This document shows positions 35,546 through 41,582 of a stretch of DNA of 41,582 bases, piece after piece. The stretch is from NCBI GenBank assembly GCA_039683575.1, contig JBDKRC010000248.1:1-41582 (forward strand). Reading direction: 5' to 3'. Source of the stretch: Armatimonadia bacterium (GTDB taxonomy: Bacteria > Armatimonadota > Zipacnadia > Zipacnadales > UBA11051). A program made the position numbers and the translations under genes. Each line of letters starts with the position of its first letter. Positions within the stretch are counted from its first letter, which is position 1. Below the pieces are notes generated by a model. It searched no databases, had not been told where the DNA came from, and saw only the letters and a program-made list of their open reading frames with translations.

Positions 35546-37918
35546 TCACTGCACCCGCTCGATCACTGCCACCGCCCCCGCCGGCAATCGCAGCTCCGTG
35601 AAGTTGCTCCCCTTGATCGTCCGCGCCGGCGCGACGAATCCTTCCACCTCCCGCCCATCCTTCCCGTACACATACACGCGGTGCTTGCTCTGGTCATTCC
35701 ACCCAAACAACCCCGACCGCCCGGTCAGGATGCGTTCCTTGCCGATCAGGTACCCCTGATGCAGTTCAATCGGCGTGAACGGGAACATCCGCTGCGTCAC
35801 CGTCGGATGGGTCAGCTTCACCAGAGACTGGTTGTAGTAATAGTACCACAGTCCCCCATTCTCCAAATGCGACCGCACACTCGGCACGATGTCTTCCTCA
35901 GTTCGCAGCCGGTCAGGCGAGCTTAGCCCCAGCGGGCAATACAAGTGCGCCGTGCGCAGGCTTGCCGGTTGCCATGCCTCGACGAATCGCGGGAAGTGCA
36001 GCTTGGTCATCGTCTCGGTCCGCGGTTGCCCATTGCCGATCAGTATCTTCCCCGCGTCCAGCACCCGCCGCGCCTGCTGCACCTGGTAATCCTGGCAATA
36101 TAGCGGCGTCAGCGCCACCCGTTCCTGCACCGTCAGCGTCTCCATGTTCGGCATGGCCGAATGCCCGTCATGCACCCCATACGCCACGTCGGTCCGGCTG
36201 TATGCGAGCTCATCCCAATATACCCCATCAAACCCCAACTCATCGCACACCAGGTCAAACGTCTTGTTCATCTCGCGCCCGTAGGCGTTCGTGGTCGTCG
36301 GCAAGAACAACCAGAACGTCGGCTTCCAGCTCCCCGCCGCGTACGAAAGCTGCTTCCCATCCGCCCCCAGGTGCCGCGCGTCCTTGTATGCTTCCACTGC
36401 CTCATCCAGACGCGTGATGTACACGTGCAAATACTGCAGCACCTTCAGCCCCGGCGCCGCCGCCCGGAGCCGGTCTGCCTGGTCCTTCAGCCGTGCCTGC
36501 TCTGCCTTCTCCCGCAGAAACGCCAGCCCATGCGACAGCACGCCAGGCTCCGGCATCGGGATCTGCAGCGAGACGATCTTCAGCCCGGCATTCCGCACCC
36601 ACGCCCCCAGGTCCGGCACCTGCTCCTTCTCAACCGTCGGATGCGGAGCAAACGCAAACTCACCCGGTACCGTGAAGTTCGTCCCCCAGTTCCGCCGGAT
36701 CGCGTTCACAAAGTCGAAGTAATCCCCCTCCGGCGTCGGGTAAAGTGACCACCGCAGCGTGTACTTCCCCCGCGCGGGCAGCATGAAGTAATGGTCGACG
36801 AGCCCCGCCTCCGCTGGCTCCTTGGTCGCCACCTGGCTGCACTGCGCCCGCAGCACATCATCCTCCGCCACGATCCCCAGCCCATCCTTACCACTCCGCA
36901 CATACACCGTCGGATTGTCGCCCCCGCTGTCATTCCCCTGCATGATCCGCGACTTCAGCCCTCGCAGGTAGACCTCGCCCTCCGTGAGCCCCGCCGTCAC
37001 GATGGAATGCTTCACACTGACATGCAAGTCGCCCGCCGTCAGGTTCGTCAGCTCATCACTCACCGCCAGATGGTCGCCCAGCCGCTTGACCACCCGCCGC
37101 AGCCGGTACGCCGCACACTGTGCCGTGACCACCGTCTCATCGCCCCGTGGAGCCACCGCCACCGCCACCGGCCACTGCGCCCCGGCCCCCAGCACGTTCC
37201 ACCCCGCGTTCGGGTACGAGAAGCTGCTTCTGACCTCAAACGTCACCTTCCCTGACGTAACCTTCAGCCCGCCATCCGCCCCGCACTGCACCCCAAACGC
37301 CACCTTCCCCACCGGCTTGGGCGCGATCACCGGCAGTGGCGCCTTCGGGTCAATCGCCGCCGGGTCCGGCACCACCACGCGCGCCGGCTCATCCACCAGC
37401 GCCAGGTCTTTGATGACCAGCGCATTCTTGATGAGGCCTTCGCTATGCCGGATCTCGATCTGGTTCTCCCCGGCTTTCAGCAGGTCCGCCACCTGAAGAA
37501 CAAAGTCATACGCATGCCCGCCCACCAGACAAGCCGGATGATCCGCCCGGTTCGCCGCTTCATAGTCCGGCGAATACGCCACCCGCCACGCCCCTTGCCC
37601 ATACCACGACAACTGCAGCCCGCTGAGCATCTCAGTCTCAAGCAGCTTGTTCAGTAGCCGCGCAAAATCAACCGCTTTGCCGTTCACCCGCACCTGCATC
37701 GAGTAAGTCGAGCCGCCCAGCCCGGGCGAATCCAGCCGCGCCAGCAGGCTCAGCGCCAGCTTTCGCTGCAGCATCTCCGGCGTCAGCGTCACGGTGAAGC
37801 TTTGCGGCTTAGTGGGCTCGATCCGCGCGGAGGGGGCGATGACAACGGGGGGAGCCGCCACTGCCTCACCGATCACAGCAGCGAAGCACCACATCAACAA
37901 TACGGCGAATGGTCTCAC
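35546..37918 (-). CDS. Secreted hypothetical protein, probable glycoside hydrolase-like TIM barrel
   Basis: Signal peptide, beta-rich N-terminal domains, and a GFDGVYWDE strand-end acidic motif. AGGAGG RBS. Confidence 0.6.
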   Translation of the reverse strand: MRPFAVLLMWCFAAVIGEAVAAPPVVIAPSARIEPTKPQSFTVTLTPEMLQRKLALSLLARLDSPGLGGSTYSMQVRVNGKAVDFARLLNKLLETEMLSGLQLSWYGQGAWRVAYSPDYEAANRADHPACLVGGHAYDFVLQVADLLKAGENQIEIRHSEGLIKNALVIKDLALVDEPARVVVPDPAAIDPKAPLPVIAPKPVGKVAFGVQCGADGGLKVTSGKVTFEVRSSFSYPNAGWNVLGAGAQWPVAVAVAPRGDETVVTAQCAAYRLRRVVKRLGDHLAVSDELTNLTAGDLHVSVKHSIVTAGLTEGEVYLRGLKSRIMQGNDSGGDNPTVYVRSGKDGLGIVAEDDVLRAQCSQVATKEPAEAGLVDHYFMLPARGKYTLRWSLYPTPEGDYFDFVNAIRRNWGTNFTVPGEFAFAPHPTVEKEQVPDLGAWVRNAGLKIVSLQIPMPEPGVLSHGLAFLREKAEQARLKDQADRLRAAAPGLKVLQYLHVYITRLDEAVEAYKDARHLGADGKQLSYAAGSWKPTFWLFLPTTTNAYGREMNKTFDLVCDELGFDGVYWDELAYSRTDVAYGVHDGHSAMPNMETLTVQERVALTPLYCQDYQVQQARRVLDAGKILIGNGQPRTETMTKLHFPRFVEAWQPASLRTAHLYCPLGLSSPDRLRTEEDIVPSVRSHLENGGLWYYYYNQSLVKLTHPTVTQRMFPFTPIELHQGYLIGKERILTGRSGLFGWNDQSKHRVYVYGKDGREVEGFVAPARTIKGSNFTELRLPAGAVAVIERVQ

Positions 37919-37988
37919 GGCAGCCTCCTGTGCCCCTGAAGCTTACCCCTGACTACAGACGTTGCCCCAATGCTTTGGATCGTTTCGC

Positions 37989-38025
37989 CAAAAACAGGGA
38001 CGGAGCCTTCCAAAGGCTCCGTCCC
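37989..38025 (-). terminator. Intrinsic terminator
   Basis: GGGACGGAGCCTT-loop-AAGGCTCCGTCCC hairpin, followed on the minus strand by TGTTTTT. Confidence 0.75.
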
Positions 38026-38055
38026 ATCATCATCTCAGTTGCTGCGTCCCGGCTG

Positions 38056-38799
38056 CTACACCCCCGCCGCCCGCAAATACTCCCGGCTGATCTTCAGGTC
38101 TACAAGCGGATCCTGCAGATGCGTGTCATGCTCAACCAGCAACCACCCGTCATACCCAACCTTCTTCAACGCCGCCACGACCGCCGCATTGTCGAGTCCA
38201 ATGTTCCCCGCGCCCAACTCGCAGAACCTCCCCCGTTCCCACCACTTGTCCAGCCCGATCTCCAGGTTGGTGACCAGCCAGTCCTTCAGATGCATCGAGG
38301 TCAACCGCTCCGGGTACTTGTTCACGATCTCCACCGGATCCCCATCCGCCGCCGCCAGATGCGCCGTATCGAGGATCAGTCCGCACTCCGGGCACCGCTT
38401 CAGGAACTCCTCCAACTCCGCCTGCGACTCCACCAGCGACCCCAGATGGTTGTGCAGCGCGACCTTGATGCCCCAGCGCTGGCAAACCTCCGCCTGCACA
38501 TTGACCTGCCGGCAGAAGGTGTCAAAATCCTTCCCGGTCACATTAGTCCAGACATACCCTTTCCGAAACGCCGCCGTCCATTGGATCGAGATCTCAATGC
38601 TCGGCCCGGCGCAGGTCGCGAAATCCATCCCCAGCGCCGTCAGCCGCGCCGCCTTGAACAAGGCCTCCGCCGCTTCATTGGCCCCTAGCCTCTCCAGTCC
38701 CTCGTACCCAATGGCCCGAATATCGCTCCACCGCTGCTCAATGTCAAAAGACCCGCCATACCAGACATTCATGCCGTAGTCAGCGATACCGATTTTCAT
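38056..38799 (-). CDS. Sugar phosphate isomerase/epimerase (xylose-isomerase-like TIM barrel, IolE-like)
   Basis: GYEGLE, HNH.G..VE, LDTAH, HLKD, ELG.G.I, GYDGW..VEHD. Start ATG 38799. Confidence 0.88.
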   Translation of the reverse strand: MKIGIADYGMNVWYGGSFDIEQRWSDIRAIGYEGLERLGANEAAEALFKAARLTALGMDFATCAGPSIEISIQWTAAFRKGYVWTNVTGKDFDTFCRQVNVQAEVCQRWGIKVALHNHLGSLVESQAELEEFLKRCPECGLILDTAHLAAADGDPVEIVNKYPERLTSMHLKDWLVTNLEIGLDKWWERGRFCELGAGNIGLDNAAVVAALKKVGYDGWLLVEHDTHLQDPLVDLKISREYLRAAGV

Positions 38800-39029
38800 T
38801 CTCATTCTCCAATCGGGGATCACACATCATCTCTGGGGGAAGAGCCTCCCAACAGCCCACAGCATACCATCCGGCACGACTGAAGTCGAGGGCCAGGCCC
38901 TTGCACCAAATACGTTGCAAGCATGGTGGAGGCCCCCCTGCGCACATACTACCCAATGGCCTCCCGTACTACCGGGGCCAGCGCCACGCTTCCTGCCAGG
39001 ACCAGCATCTTCCTCGTACCAGCCTGCCT

Positions 39030-39281
39030 GGACCCATCCGCACGCAGCCCCGAGGACCCGTCCGTACGCAGCCGCGGCCCGCCCATCCGCCGTTTGACCC
39101 CGAAGGGGTCACTCGCATGCAGCCCCGGCGGGCACATCCGCCGCTTGACCCCGAAGGGCCCATCCGCACGCAGCCCCCGCGGCCCCGTCCGCCATTTGAC
39201 CCCGAAGGGGTCACCGAATATAGCCAGGGGTGAAACCCCTGGTACCCGGCCGCTTTCTCTCCTTGACCCCAACGGGGTCAC
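39030..39281. repeat. Array of TGACCCCGAAGGGGTCAC-type REP hairpins, 51-bp period, ending in a three-hairpin element
   Basis: TGACCCC units at 39095, 39146, 39197 and 39264, with a central CCAGGGG-TGAAA-CCCCTGG hairpin at ~39224-39242. Degenerate CCATCCGCACGCAGCCC sub-repeats upstream. Confidence 0.8.
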
Positions 39282-39419
39282 CCACACCCGGGCACCATGA
39301 CTTCATGCCTATCACTTCATGAGCGCCAAGGCACAATAGCGCCCCCAATCACACGGCAACTCAGAACCAACCGTCGTCATCCACACCGCCCCCCAGGCCT
39401 TCCCGTTTTCGCCTTCCCC

Positions 39420-40430
39420 CTAGTCGGGCGCCTTCCCCTCACTCACCGGATCCTGCCCATCCTCCGCCCCTGGCTCCTCACTCCAGTCCACCTTCCACGG
39501 CGCTCGCCGCCGGAACTCTTGATGGAACTTGTTCTTGAGCACGCCCCGCTTCTCAAGCTGAATCATGCATGCCCGCATGCATCCTCGCCCGCCGCATATC
39601 GCCTGTCCCGTGTTGTACAGGTTCCGCGGCTTGTGATAGAACGGGCTGATGTTGTTCGGTCGCACGTCCTTGCGCTCGCCACCCATGTAATCCCCTTCTT
39701 CGCCCTCACCCACAAGCTCCCCGCCCCGGAAAGCAATGCTGCAAGCCTCGCAGTCCAGATCGCCCCATTCCACGTCATGCCCCGCCAGCGTCACCTTTAC
39801 CGTCTTCTCAGTGCTGATCGCGTTCCCCGGACAGTCCTTCACGCACGCCATGCACCGGTTGCACAGCTTCGGCCCGTCATATATCGGGGTTGGCTCAAGC
39901 TCCGCCTCGGTCAGCACAATACCAATGCGCTGTCTCGGCCCGAACTCCGGCGTCAGGAACACCTTGCTGTACCCAAACTCACCCAGCCCCGCCAGGTAAG
40001 CCGCGATCCGCAGGTGTACCATCACGTCCGGGCAAGCCTGCCCCGGGCGCACCGGGCGGCTGTACCCCGGCCGCGGCTCGCCGGTGTTGCCAATCGCCCG
40101 CCAGTCACTCTGGTGTCCATACGGAATGGCCTCATAGCCGTCGTCCTCGATGAACTTCGCCAGGTTGATGACCACCATCGGCATATAGAGATAAGTCAGC
40201 CCGCCATACCCCATCGAGGAGTAGTTGCTAAAGAACGTACCCTCCTCGATCCCACGCAAGCTCCCCCTGTTGACCCGGAACGCCATGGCAATGAGCGACT
40301 TTGCCTCGGGCATGATCTGCCGCGGGTCCATTTGCAGCGGCGCTCCCTCATAGCGGTCCATCGAAGCGATCCCCACCGCATCCGCCCCGAGCATCCGAGC
40401 CTGTGCCTTGACCTTATCCGCTGTCAGCAT
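39420..40430 (-). CDS. Epoxyqueuosine reductase / reductive dehalogenase-like 4Fe-4S protein
   Basis: GAD.VGIA, P...MP.AKS.I, AA.LAGLGE.G.S...LTPEFGPRQR...VLT, CNRCMACVKDCP, C..C, CGGRGCMRAC. Confidence 0.8.
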   Translation of the reverse strand: MLTADKVKAQARMLGADAVGIASMDRYEGAPLQMDPRQIMPEAKSLIAMAFRVNRGSLRGIEEGTFFSNYSSMGYGGLTYLYMPMVVINLAKFIEDDGYEAIPYGHQSDWRAIGNTGEPRPGYSRPVRPGQACPDVMVHLRIAAYLAGLGEFGYSKVFLTPEFGPRQRIGIVLTEAELEPTPIYDGPKLCNRCMACVKDCPGNAISTEKTVKVTLAGHDVEWGDLDCEACSIAFRGGELVGEGEEGDYMGGERKDVRPNNISPFYHKPRNLYNTGQAICGGRGCMRACMIQLEKRGVLKNKFHQEFRRRAPWKVDWSEEPGAEDGQDPVSEGKAPD

Positions 40431-40445
40431 TTCTTCATCTCCCTG

Positions 40446-41234
40446 CTATTCAGCCGCCGATAGCTCAGCGGCAGCTTCAACAACCTGCCTTACCTGCTCC
40501 TGCCATACGTCCTCCGCTATCTCCTGCTCCGGCATGCTTGCCCCTAGAACCGCCACCAGTTGCTGATTTCCACCGTACACCGGCGCCGCTACCAGGTACA
40601 CGTTCTTCGTCTTGAAGATCGGCACCCCATAGCCCTTCTGGCGAATCTCTCTCAGCAGCGCCTCCAGCTTCTCCGGCGTCTCCCAGAGATACGCCCCCTC
40701 CTCCCAAAACGGGTGTCGCCGCTGGTACTCGCGCCGCTCCTGCTCAGTCCAGAACGCCTGATACGTCAGACTGCAAGCGCTGGCATACGGTGCCATGACC
40801 CGCCCCCGTGGCCGTTCCAGAATGCCCGGCCGCTCCGGACTCATCCTCAGCACTGTCTCCACCTCACCCGCCGGCGCCTCCGTCAGGACCACGGTGGCCC
40901 CATACTCCCGCAAACCATCAAACAACCGCCTCACCACCGCCCCCGCCCGCCGCAGGAGTTTCCGCTTCCAGTACTCATCTGCCAGCTCAAACGCCCCGCG
41001 TCCCAGCGAGTAACGCACGGGCCGCTCGCTCTTCTCCACAATTCCCGCGGCCACCAGCGTCCGCACCAGCTTGTACACCGTCGGCTGCTTCAGCCCCAGA
41101 CCCTCCGCCAACTCACGCAGAGTCAGTCCATGGTCCGCCGCCCCCAGCCGGCGCAGAATGTCCAACCCGCGCAGCAGTGACTGCACGAGAACCCCCTCGC
41201 CACCGTTGTCGAACGCATTGTTACCTATTGTCAA
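40446..41234 (-). CDS. IclR-family transcriptional regulator
   Basis: VQSLLRGLDIL..L......L.ELA..LGL...TVY.LV.TL...G HTH, and C-terminal L.EIR.KGY...VAAPV. Start uncertain (TTG 41234 or GTG 41186). Confidence 0.9.
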   Translation of the reverse strand: MTIGNNAFDNGGEGVLVQSLLRGLDILRRLGAADHGLTLRELAEGLGLKQPTVYKLVRTLVAAGIVEKSERPVRYSLGRGAFELADEYWKRKLLRRAGAVVRRLFDGLREYGATVVLTEAPAGEVETVLRMSPERPGILERPRGRVMAPYASACSLTYQAFWTEQERREYQRRHPFWEEGAYLWETPEKLEALLREIRQKGYGVPIFKTKNVYLVAAPVYGGNQQLVAVLGASMPEQEIAEDVWQEQVRQVVEAAAELSAAE

Positions 41235-41289
41235 TACTCCTTACTTATGGGTAACAATATCATTACACCATCACTGCCATCGCTGTCAA
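41217..41289 (-). promoter_or_regulatory. Sigma70-type promoter plus inverted-repeat operator upstream of the IclR gene
   Basis: Minus strand: TTGACA (41289-41284), 16 nt, then TGTAAT with a TG-n extension. Downstream, 12-bp inverted repeat ATTGTTACCTAT (41217-41228) / ATGGGTAACAAT (41247-41258), 1 mismatch. Confidence 0.6.
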
Positions 41290-41300
41290 TACGTACTCCA

Positions 41301-41342
41301 CAAACAAAGGCGCGCACAGCTCAGAAAGTGCTGTGCGCGCCT
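41301..41342 (-). terminator. Intrinsic terminator after valS
   Basis: AGGCGCGCACAGC-9nt-GCTGTGCGCGCCT, followed on the minus strand by TTGTTTG. Confidence 0.75.
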
Positions 41343-41384
41343 CTAGTCAGGTCTAGCTACTTCAGTCGGGCGGACGCCTCTCCC

Positions 41385-41582
41385 CTACACCAACCCCTCA
41401 AACAACGCCACCTGCTCCTTCACCACGCCAATCTGCTCCTCGATCGTGACCAATCGCGCCCGCTCCTGCTCCACGATCTCGGGCTTGGCATTCGCCACGA
41501 ACTTCTCGTTCGCCAGCTTGCCCTCCGCCCGCTGCTTGTCCTTCTCGAGCTCCCCGAGCCGCTTGCTAAGCCGTGCCAACTG
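41385..41582 (-). CDS. valS: Valyl-tRNA synthetase, C-terminal coiled-coil fragment (5' part outside the window)
   Basis: LARLSK.L..LEK......GKLANEKFVANA.PEIVEQER.RL is the ValRS C-terminal tRNA-binding arm signature. Confidence 0.88.
   Translation of the reverse strand, partial: QLARLSKRLGELEKDKQRAEGKLANEKFVANAKPEIVEQERARLVTIEEQIGVVKEQVALFEGLV

Noticed and set aside
38890-38921. Sigma54 promoter or NtrC-like box (GG-N10-GC; TTGCACC...TTGCAA)
   Set aside because: The match to TGGCAC is poor, the orientation is opposite to the flanking genes, and the half-site spacing is wrong.
39030-39281. CRISPR array, or a small repeat protein (ORFs at 38901-39300)
   Set aside because: The spacers resemble each other and the repeats are degenerate. 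The ORFs in several frames are low-complexity translations of the DNA repeat.
39420-40430. Respiratory reductive dehalogenase (rdhA) or a confident queG call
   Set aside because: There is no Tat signal or rdhB, the second Fe-S motif is atypical, and the context is not tRNA modification. Left as a family-level call.
1-41582. tRNA/rRNA genes, prophage or anti-phage defence genes
   Set aside because: No cloverleaf, rRNA-like, phage structural, integrase or recognisable defence-domain sequence was seen by eye.

Overview
GC-rich bacterial chromosomal segment. An Armatimonadota/PVC-like organism is my unverified guess from protein style. From left to right: (1) the left end and transposase N-terminus of an IS630-family element, inserted just past a minus-strand DRTGG / Ser-Thr kinase / DRTGG / PHP operon of the type that usually precedes [FeFe]-hydrogenase genes. 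(2) A ~31 kb, mostly plus-strand Wzx/Wzy surface-polysaccharide locus (2579-34001). It holds a GT2, four GT4s, a GT-C, two Wzx flippases (one split by a single in-frame TGA), a Wzy/ligase, Wza and Wzc-like export proteins, two polysaccharide deacetylases each paired with a CelD/BcsL-type GNAT, a CysE-like acyltransferase, a GlmU-like/GHMP-kinase fusion, a GH20-like protein, a methyltransferase and a beta-helix protein with four Ig-like repeats. (3) A minus-strand block (IclR regulator, QueG/RDase-like Fe-S protein, sugar-phosphate isomerase, secreted GH-like protein, membrane protein, ROK kinase) downstream of the 3' end of valS. Intergenic spaces hold several distinct REP/REPIN-like palindrome families. 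The best candidate for a new system is that both GNATs carry an N-terminal segment resembling the tRNA-binding arm of seryl-tRNA synthetase and sit next to a deacetylase, suggesting tRNA-dependent aminoacylation of a de-N-acetylated polysaccharide. The kinase-pyrophosphorylase fusion has a galactokinase signature altered in a way that points to an acidic (uronate) sugar. All assignments come from motif reading by eye; no searches were run.
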